Below the pieces are notes generated by a model. It was not told where the DNA came from and ran no database searches. It saw nothing but the letters and a program-made list of their open reading frames with translations. From Octopus sinensis (lineage: Eukaryota), in the NCBI RefSeq assembly GCF_006345805.1, contig NC_043011.1:27416464-27480463 (forward strand): a stretch of DNA of 64,000 nt, written 5' to 3'. Each line of letters starts with the position of its first letter. Position 1 is the first letter of the stretch. The translations under genes were made by a program, and so were the position numbers. Positions 49,325 to 64,000 of the stretch are shown piece after piece.

Positions 49325-49604
49325 GTTATATATGTATATATATATGTATATATATGTATATATATATGAATATTATATGAATATATCTATATATTATGAA
49401 TATATATATATATATATATATGACTAATATATATATATGATTTTATATATATCTATATCTATATATGTATCTATATATGATATATACATATATGTATATT
49501 ACATATATATAATATATATATATATATGAATATATATATATAATATATATGAAATAATATAATATATATATATATATATATGAAAATATATATATATATA
49601 TATA

Positions 49605-49645
<41 letters not shown>

Positions 49646-49650
49646 TGAAA

Positions 49651-49699
<49 letters not shown>

Positions 49700-49869
49700 T
49701 ATATATATTTATATATATATATATGAATATTTATATATTTATATATATATTATATGAATATATATATAATATATATATTTGTATATATAAATATATATTT
49801 GCATATATAATTATATACACACATATATATATATTTATATAATATATATAATATAATATATAATATATA

Positions 49870-51175
49870 TCTATATATAAATCTACATCATAAATTTATT
49901 TGTAATGGTGTCTGTCTCTGTGTGTTTGGGGATACCTGTAACTCCTCCCACACCGACCAACCGAGGTTAATGTCTTCTGGCACATCGCTAGATTACATGC
50001 CCTAAAGGTCAAATAAGGCCGGGAATTTTTCGAAAACCTGATAATGCTCCGTTGACATCAACGTTTTTGAGCTCAATGGAATGTTTGAATGGAAATTCTC
50101 ATTACGACTTTATTTTTCCTGCAGCTTTTGCAATTTTTGTCCGATTTTGATGAACGTCGATGAGTGAGCAAGGGTCATGGCAAAGAGTGTACGTCAGTGT
50201 ATGGCGTTGACAAAAAAGTCGGTAATTGCGCTTGAGCTGCGGTTTTATAAAATCAATAGGCTTTTTTCGTGCAAATACCAATAGGGATTTTATTTTTGGC
50301 CATAACTTTTATATTTTTGATCCGATTTTAATGAAATTTGAGTCGTCGGTAAATTGTCTGGTGGGTGAGACGGTAAATGTGTTTATTTGATGAAAACGGC
50401 TTGAAGAGGACACAACTGCAAATAAGTATTTCCATGGAGACATTCTTACGGATTTTGTAAAAAATTTAAACTTCATGAAACTTCATATCCGTTAGATGAT
50501 ACCAGCATGAAGAGTTGACAAAAAATCGATAATTGAGCGCGAGCAAGGTATTTTAAAAAATCAATCGGCTACCCATAGGATTAATATTTTATGCCGTAAC
50601 TTTTACAGAATTAATCAGATTTTGTGGAAATTTGACATTTAGATAAAGTTTATGGTCGCAGTCTTGTAGTAGAATTAAAATGTAACTGGTGAAAGGTGGA
50701 AATCCTCAAAATTCAGTCACAATAAATTAATGAACTGAATTTGAAGAAAATTGACCCATGAGTAAAATTAAACACTTCGACATATGAAATATTGATTTTT
50801 CATATAATGTATCGGGATTTAAAAGTCAATAGGATATTTTCACGTAAACGGTCACATGGATTCTATTTTATGACATAAGCATTTATATTCGGATTTGCTG
50901 ACATCGAACACGTTGATCAATTTCGTACACAGGGTGGCATTAAGGGGAGAGGAGTAAACAAATCTCCCTCTCAATGGGTGGAGGTGAACCCAAAAGTTTA
51001 ACTACAGTTTCAGACGGTCCAGTACGTAGGAGTATGTCGAAAGCGTTAACCGGGTAAAATCCATGCCGAACCATAAAATCTTAACGAGTAGTAGCAGGCA
51101 CGAGGAACTTAGAAGGCGAGAAGTGGTCTTAACTTCAACACGGAAAGCACGAGCAACGCTGGGTCCAAAAGCTAG
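49870..51175 (+). mobile_element. non-autonomous Helitron
   Basis: 5' A|TCTATATATAAA, 3' gcaacgctgggtccaaaagCTAG|T; internal ~305 bp diverged subrepeats with aactttt..gatttt..gaaattt motifs. Confidence 0.65.
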
Positions 51176-51376
51176 TATACACACACACACACACACACAC
51201 ACCACACACCACACACACACACACTATATATATATATGTTTATATATATGAATATATGAAATATATATATATGATTATATATATAAATATATGAAATATA
51301 TATATATATATATATATATATCATTCTATATATATGAATATATCAATATATGAAATATATTTATATATATATAGAC

Positions 51377-54215
51377 ATTTTGGAAGGATATTAAAGAACT
51401 GTGGGCTCTTAAAGCCCAAGCTGTTGCACTATCTGGTCCTGTACTTCGTTGGCGATGCTTTGATCTTTGGCACTATGCAGTGGTGCCCCGTTCTGCTGTG
51501 TGATTAATTTTCAATTCCAAATTTGGTACAAGGCCTTCTAGGATGTTCCAGATGTATATCACTGCATATCTCTCCCGCCTTCGTTCCAGGGAGAAGAGTT
51601 TTAATTCTTTAAGTCTTTCCCAGTAACTTAGGGTAGATTCGTTGGATTGCTTCGAATTCCGCCATGGAATTTTTATTGCGTGGTGACAATAGTTGGGAGC
51701 AATTGTCTAAGTGGCTGAAAACGTATGCCCTCCAAAGATCATCAGTGTCTCCTTTTCTCTTGTTTTGAAAGTTCGGAGGATCCATCAGCCAGCCGTGTGC
51801 ATTTTATTACCAAATTGATAGTATGCACTTGAAAAGATGCATCATTGTTCATATCAGTGCCCAGGTCAAGCACTGACTTTGATTCAGGGATTTCACTTCT
51901 TCCTGGGCCAGTGTATTCTTTCTGCATGTCATTTAGCTTTGTGTACTGGTAGCGTAGGGCCTGGAATTTTTCTGCATTAAACTACATGTTATGGCGCAAA
52001 TCCCGTTGCAGATGTGCATTATTTCCAGGATTTTGTATTGTCTGAGAGACTTTTGTGTCATCTGCATAGCTAGCAAGGGTGGCTATCTGAGCAGCCGAGG
52101 GTATATTCTGAGAGGGCCACTATGAACAGCAGTGGCTCCAAGACAGTGCGCTGTGGAACGTCACTTGCTATTTGCGCTTCCTTGGAGGTAGCTCCATTGG
52201 TCACCACTGCTTGACGTCTATCCTTTAGAAAGTTGTGCAGCTATTCTCCAAGGTTTCCGCATATGCATATCCTACCATGATCAATTTTATCAAAGGCTTT
52301 TGCAAATTCGAGATATATCACATCCACAATTGAGTCATTCAGCAGCTGTTTTATCACCCAGCCATAGTGTTGCAGGAGCTGTGTCAGAAGAAATTCTACC
52401 TGGACGAAATCCATGCTGTGTGTCAGTCATTTTTTCTAGGAATGTGATTCGTTTCTTGCAGGCTATTGGTTCCATGACTTTACTGATGTGCGAGGTCAGA
52501 GAGATAGGCCTATAATTTTTAGCATCTTCTCTGCTTCCTCCCTTATGGATAAAGCATATTATCCCTTCCTTCAGTTTGTCTGGAAGCTTACCACTTGCAA
52601 GGAAACTCTGGGAGAGAAGCTGCAGTGGTTTTGTAAGAGCTTGCATGATTTGAGTAGGACCGCTGGAAACCCATCAGGGCCAACCGCTGAGTTTGTGTCA
52701 ACTTTATCTATGGCCAGTATTACATCTTCTTCAATGTTTATGTACTCAAGTTTTTAACTTCTTCGGTTTTAGGTAATGTGGCAAAGACTTCCGCTGGTGT
52801 GTTCACTTGCCTGTATTCCGGCGGTATAGTGAACCCACTTTGGAACTCTTCGGTCAGTATTTCACTTATGTGGTTTTCTGTGAGGAAGCCATCTTTTTGG
52901 AAGAGGAGTCCTATCTTGTGGCGTATTGAGGCTGATTCTTTAGCAAACTTAAAGAAAGCTTTAGGGTTTGACTTGATATTTTCTATAACCCAAGCTTCTT
53001 TATTTGCTCTCTCTCCTTTTCATGAGACTGATGCAGACGTTCCTCAATTTCCCATAGCACTCTCTTCAGACGAGACTTCTCGCAACTTTTGGGATGCTTG
53101 CTCAGGCGGTTCGCAATCTTTGTCCGTCTTCTCATATGAATCTTCTTTTCTCTGGGGATCCTGTTTTTGTGTATGTTGGCCTTGCACAATGGGACAGATT
53201 TATCACATATGGCTTGTATTATGGACGTAAAATGTTTATTTCCTGTCAATGTCTGGTGTGGAGATACATTTAGGCCAATCATGTTTGAGAATCTCTTTCG
53301 CAATCATCTTCCAATTTGCTTTGTGAAAATTCAGTTTGGAAAGATTTTCGGTGCTCCGTATAGGATGTATGTCTACAGGAGCTTTTGGTCCATACATAGA
53401 TAGCTCTATTATATTGTAATCCGAGATCAGCATCGGTTTCACTTTAACATTATGGATAATGTCCTTATTATTTCTGAAGCAGAGATCCAGTATATTATTT
53501 GCCCTCGTTGGTTGCAGCACAATTTGTTCCGTGAAAGAGGCATTGGTAAGTTGGAGCATGGACTCTGCTTTTGCCTGCTGTTGGTGTATAATTCCTGGGA
53601 GAATCTAACCCCAAGGCCATTTCATGTTTGGGAAGTTAAAACCACCCAAAAGGAATACATTAATGTGTTATTCCAGTTTGATGCGAACTCCTATCTTTGC
53701 TAGGAAGTCTTCAAATTCGCCTGTATGACACGGAGCATCTGGTGGGCGATACGTTGTACATATATCAATAATAAGTTGTCTTATGTGTACAATTTGAGTG
53801 CCACACACTGAATTAGAATAGGACAGCAGGAACTGGGGCATGAGGTTCTCTCGGATGTACACAGCAACTCCACCATAGGTCCTCTCCTTTCTATCTGAGC
53901 GTATGACAACATATTGTGGTATATGTATTTTTGCATCCACTATATCAGGTCTAAGATGCGTTTCTACAAGTGTCATGCATAAAACTTCAATGCATGCCAC
54001 AAGGTCTCCCAGGAATAAGATTTTTGATTTACAGGTGTCATGTAATAGCCCTCCTATATTCAAAAGAAATATCTTTGTGATGTGTGTGTTGGTGTCAGTG
54101 GTGGTCATCCTGTATCTGTTGTTGGTGGTAGCCTTGTGTGATGGCGGGTTTGAAGCCAAGTCAGTTGCTGGACAATCGTTCGTGCCATGTACAAAAAAGA
54201 TTGCTGATCAGCTGC
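51377..54215 (-). mobile_element. CR1-group LINE ORF2 (endonuclease + RT), degraded
   Basis: LLNIGGL, LVETHL, RSDRKERTYGGVAVYI, GPDGFPA, KNYRPISLTSHISKVME, QHGFRPGR, AKAFDKIDH, YADDT; many stops and frameshifts. Confidence 0.9.
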
Positions 54216-54221
54216 CCTACC

Positions 54222-54301
<80 letters not shown>

Positions 54302-54358
54302 GTGTATATATACATAAATATGTATATATGTGTGTGTGTATATATAAATATATAATAT

Positions 54359-54400
<42 letters not shown>

Positions 54401-55180
54401 TATGTATTGGCTTAAGTATTTCATTGTATGATTTGCCTAATAGTGGTTTTATCTCTAATTTAATATAATATATATATATATATATATATTATACACACTT
54501 GTGTACTGAGCAATGGAAATAACCCTGAAACCATTGGTCTACAGGCATCTCTAAGGCTAGAAGTATACGGACACAGACCATGTGTCGGCAGTCAGCTGGA
54601 AAATATGTCTTCATGGGGCTAAAAAGTAGTAACATCCTCCTGTGTAGGACTGCCACATTGCTTTGGCAAATAGACTTGATATATATATATATATATGAAC
54701 AAATATTTAAAGATAGCATTTCATTCGGTGGTTTCATTAGACAGAATTAAAGAAAAATTGCATTGTAATATTATTCTTTTGTTGTAAGAAAAGTAACCCG
54801 CTTAGCTTTTTGAATAATTGTTCGCTGATCGCTTCGCTGGATTCATTGGTGTCTGTGTGATAGTAGGTTTGGTATCGAACGAATAATTTTGTGTTGGTTG
54901 TTTTTCTTCAAGTGATATTTTCATTTAGATTAGATTTATATTAGATAATTCAACTATTATCTTATCGATTTCTTTGCTGATTACTCGAAATAGATTTCTG
55001 TTTTTTTTTTTAATATTGAAATTATAAAACCATTGTGAAATGCCAAATTCTATATCATAGTTATTTTCAAGTCTGTTTCTTTACTTTCCCCACTACATTT
55101 CCCTCTTGCTCTACCTTCTATTTCTATTCTTTCTATTTCATCCCCACCTCATTTCATGATCATTTCTAATTAATATATAT

Positions 55181-55405
55181 TTCTTTATTGCCCTCAAGGG
55201 GCTAAACATAGAGGGGACAAACAAGGACAGACAAAGGGATTAAGTCGATTACATCGACCCCAGTGCGAAACTGGTACTTTATTTATCGACCCCGAAAAGA
55301 TGAAAGGCAAAGTCAACCTCGGCGGAATTTGAACTCAGAACGTAGCGGCAGATGAAATACCGCTAAGCATTTCGCCCGACGTGCTAACGATTCTGCCAGT
55401 TCGCC
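55181..55405 (-). mobile_element. tRNA-derived SINE, family 2
   Basis: Minus head ggcgaactggcagaatcgttagcacg..ttctgagttcaaattccgccgagg; full tail. Confidence 0.85.
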
Positions 55406-55562
55406 TATTTAATATAGTTGCCTTAATCACAGATCAAATATCTATGTATGTATATATGTATGAAAATATTTGTGTATATATGCATATATGTATGTAATAT
55501 GTATGCATGTGCTATCTTCGTTTGTATCTCTATATGTATATGTCTGTAAGTATATATATGTA

Positions 55563-55870
55563 TACGTATGGCTTAGTGGTTAGGGCATTCGGCTCACAAT
55601 AGTAAGGTCGTGAGTAAGGTCGTTGCGTCCTTGAGCAAGACACTTTATATCACGTTGCAGCGGTCCACTCAGCTGGCGAAAATGAGTAGTATCTGTATTT
55701 CAAAGGACCAATCTTGTCATACACTGTGCCATGCTGAATCTTCCCGAGAACAACGTTAAAGATACACGTGTATGTGGAGTGCTCTACCGCTTGCACGTTA
55801 ATTTCACGTGCAAGCTGTTCCGTTGATCTATCAGCCGGGACCCTCGTCGTCGTAAGCGAGGGAGTGCTCC
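55563..55870 (+). mobile_element. tRNA-derived SINE, family 3
   Basis: tggcttagtggttaggg head; gtccttgagcaagacacttta..gtccactcagctgg central domain; tail shared with 40625. Confidence 0.75.
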
Positions 55871-55876
55871 TTAGTA

Positions 55877-56032
<156 letters not shown>

Positions 56033-56339
56033 GCCTATATGTATGTCCTCAGTTTAATCTAGTTTTATATATTATAGATACACACATACTGTCAAATTTA
56101 ATTGAACGTTTCATATATATATTTTTATTTTTCATTCGCTTTCGAAATTACCCCTAACAGTGGTTTGGAGTTTAACGACTCCTTCTAGCGGGTAAGATGT
56201 CCTGTTTTGTGTTTAAATATACACTGTATTTTTATATGAATAATATATAGTCTATTGACTAGTTTTTTCTTCTTGCTAGACCACTGGTAGCAAAAGATTT
56301 CTAAATATTTTTGTTACTACCCTGAAATTTATTAATAAT

Positions 56340-56371
<32 letters not shown>

Positions 56372-56615
56372 TGCACACACACAGGTGGCTCAAAAGTAGG
56401 TTTATAGTTATTACGTAATCACTTTAAATTTCTTTTAAACCATTTTATTACATTTAAATTTCTGTCTTACAAACTGAAAAGGGAGCTTGACAAAATTAAC
56501 CCAATTAGAATAGAATAATGGTTTTTATAATTAATATCTAAACTGTTAATATATGAATGCGAAATAGATAGTTGAATAACTTTAAACGTACTGTGTATGT
56601 ATATATATATATATA

Positions 56616-56646
<31 letters not shown>

Positions 56647-56836
56647 GTTATTATTAAAGCTGGAAAACAACAAAAAATAAACTATCACTCAGAATTTGGT
56701 AGGGCAGTTGTAATAAAGAATGGAATGAAATTGTGATGTTCTTTACTAAAAAAATGCATGTAACTCCACCTTCGGTATTCTAGTACTGTTTTATCCAGCT
56801 TATTTTTGTATTTATGTGCTTACTCATGTACATATA

Positions 56837-56920
<84 letters not shown>

Positions 56921-57128
56921 ATGTATATGTATGTCATTATTCAATTTATTTCATGATTCCTTGCCAATAGAGAAAGAACCGTTTTCTTAACCTATATCCA
57001 ATACTCCTTCACTGGAATTTCAAAAACAACAAGGCACTTTTGTATGTATGAATGTATGTGCAGGTTTTTATATTTCATGTATGTAGTCTTATGCATATAG
57101 TTACTTATCTAGACATGCTCATATATAT

Positions 57129-57373
57129 TTAAATCATAAACCTCTGGAAAGTTTTACAGATTTTTACAGTTCGGCTACTGGATTGGATCTGTAGTCTTCG
57201 AATTAGCTTTCTCCTTTCTGGTTTTGAGTAGCCTAAATTCTCAAGATTGGTATTTAGGCAGTGTGTTACATATCCCAGACCCCAATATTTACAGGTATAA
57301 ACGCGAACTTGTGATCTGGAATTGATCTCAATAGTTAAGCATAGGTGTTCAATTTTTAACTGATCCTCAGCTT
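57129..57373 (-). pseudogene. possible C-terminal fragment of an RLE-type LINE
   Basis: Stop-free frame ..IEINSRSQVRVYTCKYWGLGYV..LENLGYSKPERRKLIRRLQIQS..VKICKTF; by-eye similarity only. Confidence 0.3.
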
Positions 57374-60100
57374 TATGTTAATATCCGTTGGGCAACTAAT
57401 TTCCACAACTGTGCAGTTTCTCTTCTTTGTATATGTATGTATGTATATGTATGTATGTATGATGTATGTATGTATGTATGTATGTATGTATGTATGTATG
57501 TATGTGTCTACCAAATTTGATATATTGATGTATGAGATATATTTACTGTTGATTAAATCTTTTTCTTCGGCGAGCTAGCAGAAATTGTGAAATTCTCTCC
57601 ATTAACCTTCGTTTTCTTTAAATCAATAATGTTCTGTGCAGAATCTTCAAACTTCACAAGTTTCATCTTATATGATGGATTAACTGTTATGTTCTTAAGT
57701 CATTTCCAATATTTTAGGTTTTTGTTCTTTATGAAAAAATATTTTTTCCTGATAATGTGAATATTCTCCAAATTATTTTCGTCAATGCCATTCTCTTTCA
57801 GTTTAATTATCAGCGTATGGTATAGATTAATTATCAGTGTGACAAAATGTTAAAAAATTGGTGATAAATTTTCCCTTTATGAAACTTGTTGTATGTTTCA
57901 ATTTATGGTTGATAAATTATTCATGTCTTTTATACAAAATCTTGATCTGTCTTATCTAGAACACTTATGCCTAGCTAAAAGGGAACAATACCCTATGTGA
58001 GTATTTTGTTCCTTTTTAGCTAGGCATAAACCACAATTATTGAGTTAAGAATTGTCCTCAGCTATTTGGAGCTATAAGTTTTTAATCCAAAATGCTTTGT
58101 ATGGAGACAGTATTTTCCTTGTACTAATGTAATTTCCTGCTATTGTATTCAACACATTTACCATTATTTTCTAAAAACGTTAATGTATTTAAAGTGTTTT
58201 TCTTTCGCATCATAAAATGATAACAAACTAAGCAGAGCATACATAATCCGTTACTACCTATTGTTAAATTCCCTTCGGTCCATTACATATAGTTCATAGA
58301 TAGATGTGCAAGAAATGAGGAGATATGGCATACTTTTCTTTGGGTATGCTCTTGAAATATCATACCTCTTCAATAGTCAGTTTGATTTCCGAGGCACTCA
58401 TACTTTTACTGAATCAAAAAGGCTATTGCATAGAGCTTATAGCCAATTTTTTAACATCAAACTTAACGCAGTCAGTTGAAGCACTCATAAATTATAAGCG
58501 CTCCTATTGCCTGCTTAAAAGAAGGAAACATACATCAACACATAAGAAGTAGCTGCACACAACAGTTAAGGAAATTTTGCCAGTGACGATAACTGAAAAA
58601 CACGTGAAATAGGAAAAATTTACCCTCACTAACATATACACAAACATACACGTGAGAACATATAATTCAGAGAACAGATGTTATTCGGCGAACGAAGCAA
58701 ATATATTTATATGAGTATGTATATAAAAAGAGATGTATACATGCATATAGTATACTATACAGCATCCTTCTCAATAGGATAAAAGAAAATTCGAAATATA
58801 TTCTTCACAACCAGAGAACAAGAATTTTCACCAATCAACAAGCATATGGAAATCAGACGTTCGCGCGCACACCCACACACCCACGCATATGCACACATAT
58901 ACACACAAAAAAACAAACACATCCAATATATTATAATTAACAAATATATCCACAATGCGACATAGAATTTATGATAGAAATGACATTTAAATTGTTTTTT
59001 TTCTGACCAGCATATAATTTCATAACCTTCTAGCTATAAACATTCAACCGTGCCATGCACACTCATCTACATATATTGAAAACCAGTGACTCTTGTACGT
59101 ACACATTCACTCACACAGACACATTCACGCACATACACACAAACACAGACAGACAGATAGACAGGCACAAAAGCACAAACACAAAAGCACAAGCGTGAAC
59201 TATGATTAAAAATTGCTTCCAATAATTTTAACTAAAATCTTTAATTAGTTTAACAAAGAGTTTCTTAAAGCCACGACAACATAATTCTGCTATGGAACTC
59301 TACTGTTTTGTTGTAAAATTCAGTAAAAAATATGTTTCAGCAAAATCCTGTAATAGTGAGCAAAAAACATTTACAAATAAAATACGATGCGTAAACAAAA
59401 CCTCTTAAGAATATAGTCTTGATCAAAAAGAATAAAAAATCAAAATTGGCAAAAGGACTTCTTGAACTAGATTAAAAGATAAATCTAGAGTGATTAAACA
59501 GATTAAAAGTGTGCATTTAATCATGCTTAATCATAAGAAATAAAACACCATTCGACAAAAATAATCAATGAAAATGTAGGGAAATAACGTGCAAGAAGCA
59601 TACGCGGAAGGCAAACAAATGAAATGCGTCAATCATTACATCTCTTCCAAACCGGCAGATATAAATACACTTGTAACAGTTCTCGCCCGCAGAATGCAGT
59701 AGCGTGAAACTTGAGTTTTCGAAATAAACATTCAGTTTCAGTAGCCACAAGTATGTATGTGTTTATATGGATAGAAATGCGTGCACATACACCTCACATG
59801 CTAAAAGGAGCAGTCAAAGCCCAAATCACGGTTAAGAGTAATTTTGAAGCGGATGAAAAATAGAAACATTTTATCATGTAATGTGTCCTGTTAGGGTGAC
59901 CACTTTTGTGTATAAATGTACACTAATTTTATACGAAAAATATGTTGTCTATTGACTATTTGATGCATGCTAGCCACGGTGGAAAATTTTAAATTTTAAA
60001 TTTTTCAGCATATTTATTTATGTATACGCACCAATATATCTATTTATGTATTTATCTACCTCTTTGTCTCTGTCTGTCTGTCTGTTTTTCTCTCTCTCTG

Positions 60101-60565
<465 letters not shown>

Positions 60566-61505
60566 TAAAAAAATATGTGTGTAAGTGTGTGTATGTGTAT
60601 ACACACATAAATACATGTATTTATGTATATATACATACATGCAAACAGATATGTTCTGTATAACTTCGCGGCTGAAGTCCACAGCTTATTTATTTGGGAA
60701 GGTAGTATTGTGTATCCTTGCGCCTCTGTTTTCACCGGCATTTCTATCGCTGTTTTAAAGCATTTACGTAAAGTAGGCCTGTATTCATGCATCATGAATA
60801 TTTCCTTTAGTCGACTGTTTCGGATATCATCTTTCCCATGTGAGTTCCGGTACTTCTTTTCATAGCAAATTACTTTAGTGCCTTTTCCTGTTGTTCTAAT
60901 CCAGGATTTTAGGGCAATTTCCTCATATTGTATTCTCAGATGTGAATCGTATTTTCAATGTGTAAATGTCTACTTTTCTGATCACGAAATAGTTTACAAC
61001 ATGAATGGTTTCAGGTACACACACAATAAAAGAAAACAGAGAATGGACTTTCAATTAACATCTATTCACATACTCAGCTTGCATATTTGCCTAACCATTA
61101 GGCTTTCTAGCTTTTACTTTGAAATCAGTGTTATGGTTTCTAGTAACTAACCGGAATATATTGTTGACGATCTTACTTTTGGTGTTTACTTGGTGGTAGA
61201 GTTTTTGCTGTCGACATTAGCGTTAATTCTATTCTTGATGTTGTTTTCGATGTTGTATTTGCTATCGTCTGGAACCACGGGCTTCTGTTGCTTCTTTGTT
61301 CTCGTCAGTTCCGACTGACGTCTGATGCTTATGTTAAATTTAAGTGTAATTGTTATCATTATTATCGATATTATATGATAAATAAAGAAGCAATCATTAT
61401 TACAGTAATATTTAAATGTCTTTAACTCATTTTACACAGACACACTCACATACATACATATGTATTCATTCGTTATGCATGTAAGTTTAAACGCATCATT
61501 CGTAA

Positions 61506-61580
<75 letters not shown>

Positions 61581-61874
61581 ATTCATATGTATATGTACAT
61601 ACATAGATACAAATATGTGTAAGTATACATATATATCCACGCACACGCACGCACAAACATATACACATATCTGCATACATACGAATATATATATATGCCT
61701 GTATATGTATACATAAATACACATATCTAAGCATACATGTATATATATGTGTTTCTTTGTCTCTCTCTCCCTCTCCCTAGATGTGTTTGTGTATGTGCAT
61801 GTACGCGTGTGCGTGTGCGTGCGCGCGCAACGATCTACCTATGCACGTGCTAGCATACATATACATATCCTTAA

Positions 61875-61909
<35 letters not shown>

Positions 61910-63049
61910 GGAATTGAAGTTCAAATATGTTCCGTTATAACGCATATTCTAGCTGAATGTTTATTTATAAACACAATAATGCTTCTCAGCCTTCTACAAA
62001 AACGACGTAGTATCGTTGTATAGTTGTATAGGCGTCCTTATCAATACTATTTCTGAATGTATAATATATAGAAATTAATCAGATCTCTTTTATCCTTATT
62101 TTAGTTGCGTAAATTTTTTCCTCTCATAATTGATCCGTTCCTTAAACAGATGTCATGGGAATTCTGATTTCGTCTGATGTACCTATTTTTTTTTATTCTT
62201 GCTAAATTTGAGAAATATAATGAGCTAACATTTTGTGTAGCAAAATGAAAGTTTAGCATCAGTAAATATGTACAAACACGAATACGAATACAAGATTGAA
62301 TGCTACATATATATGTACATATTCATAATTAGCGATCGATCGAGAGATGAATACACTTAGTTCAGTTGTGGCTTTAGAGATTGTTTTATAAAACTACAAC
62401 CAAACTACACTATGCTGAAATAACACCTGGATGTTTCACAATTTCAACAAAGCACCGCACCACCTTAAATAGATTATTAGATACATAGCTAGAATAATAG
62501 ATAAAACAAACAAATGTTAGTTCTTAGTGCACAACGCAGTCAGTATTTGAAACCTAAGACCAATCTAAATTCCTTTTGCTATATTTAGAAAAATTCTCTC
62601 TGAAACTTTAGATAGATAGATGGCTAGGCAGACAGATAGACAGATAGTTAGATGGATTAAACAATAAGCATGCACACACGAACACGTGTGCAAAGATATA
62701 GATGTATAAAAATTGACAAGAAGCTAAGATATAGATGTGCAGATACAAAAAGAGACAATATTTTATTCTTAGATAAATAGTGATAGAAATTGATGCTCAT
62801 CTCTATGTACATCTGTATGTATGTATGACTGGTATTTCTGTCTTCGTAGAAAAAACTTTAACGACTTTGGTTCACTAAGACTTTATAAGATCGAAATATA
62901 TGCATATTGTTACCATGCTTGTTAAAGGTGAGGGTATTCTTTCACTTCACTCATATCTAATTCTAATGATAAGGATTTTATTGATCCTCTGATGTCTGGG
63001 CGCCCTGAGCTGTTGAGAGCACTCCTTACTTTAAAAATAAAATAAATGC

Positions 63050-63297
63050 GCCCTTTTTAAAGCCTAGCCAGGCTCATGGGCCCGGTTTCCCGGTTTCTAT
63101 GGCGTATGTGTTCCCCAAATGGACGGGACGCCAGTCCATCGCAGCGTTACTCATTTTTTCCAGCTGAGTGGACTGGAGCAACATGAAATGAAGTGTTTTG
63201 CTCAAGAACACAACGCGTCGCGCGGTCGAGGAATCGAAACCACAATCTTACGATCATGGTGCTGACACCTTAAACACTAAGCCACGCGCCTCCACAT
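63050..63297 (-). mobile_element. SINE, family 3 head and central domain with a different tail
   Basis: ccagctgagtggactggagcaac..ttgctcaagaacacaacgc..aatcgaaacc..cactaagccacgcgcctcca. Confidence 0.75.
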
Positions 63298-63539
63298 TCC
63301 TTACTTTGGGAAATTCATTTTAGTCGCCTTGTGTCGCTAGAACAAAAAAATTCGTAGTACGATTCCATGTCCGATACTATTTAATCAAAGAGTTCAAAAT
63401 TGTGCGCAAATGTAAATATTTTAAAAACATTTCTTTCATGAAATTAATAATTGGAAAATGCATGATCTCATAAAAATGAAACACAGACAGTTGTCAATAA
63501 ATTGTCATAGGAATTTAATAAATCTTTAGATCAAAAGAA

Positions 63540-63760
63540 GTGGAGACATATGGATCCATGATCGTAAGATTGTGATTTCGAATCCTAGACCGGACAAAAC
63601 GTTGCGCTCTTGCGTAAAACACTTCATTTCACGTTGCTCCAAATGATTCATCTGACAAAATTAAGTAATCCTGCGACGGGCCGCGTCCTGACCATTGGGG
63701 AGTATATACGCCACGGAAACCGGTAAATGGTCCTTTTTAGTCTACATGACTCGGGAAGGA
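63540..63760 (+). mobile_element. SINE, family 3 (diverged)
   Basis: gatcgtaagattgtgatttcgaatcctagaccgg..cacttcatttcacgttgctcca. Confidence 0.55.
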
Positions 63761-64000
63761 GTTTTATCCTATTTTCCTGTTTAAATCAAAACAGACTCCA
63801 AATGTCTATTGTTTGTTTGAAATGAATTTAATATAATTATGACCTCAAGAAATAGACGTTGACAAAATGTAATCGCACATTAATAAAATATCTAAAAGTA
63901 TTTGTTTATTACCGTAGACTTAAGAGTTGTTTGACAGAAGTGCATAAGTCGAAATTTCAGTTATCAAGTAGTGATCAAGTACATTTCCTTTCACCACCGT

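Overview
AT-rich, microsatellite-saturated eukaryotic DNA. The SINE families and repeat style suggest an octopus (inference). No host gene can be called securely; most listed ORFs are translated microsatellites. Ordinary content: many tRNA-derived SINEs of three families, four LINE clades (Tx1/L1 with a nearly complete ORF2, CR1, RTE, R4/Dong-like), a non-autonomous Helitron and mariner-type MITE remnants. The unusual content is a dense set of small non-coding elements carrying hammerhead ribozyme (HHR) motifs, most of them set in (TA)n tracts. (1) At least seven separate elements carry canonical type I HHRs as ~470-540 bp tandem repeats and/or foldbacks, resembling Penelope pseudo-LTRs or retrozymes. 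One has a compensatory U3-A8 core. (2) Three independent loci (4658-4715, 13177-13239, 43941-44003, plus a decayed mirror copy) carry all HHR catalytic nucleotides and all three stems, with covariation, but in a non-circularly permuted, pseudoknotted strand order. (3) In the inverted-repeat elements the ribozyme-sense strand points away from the inversion point, and where checked the two arms end at different unit positions, suggesting twin-primed reverse transcription of circular RNA into TA repeats. All RNA structures were folded by eye, and activity is untested.
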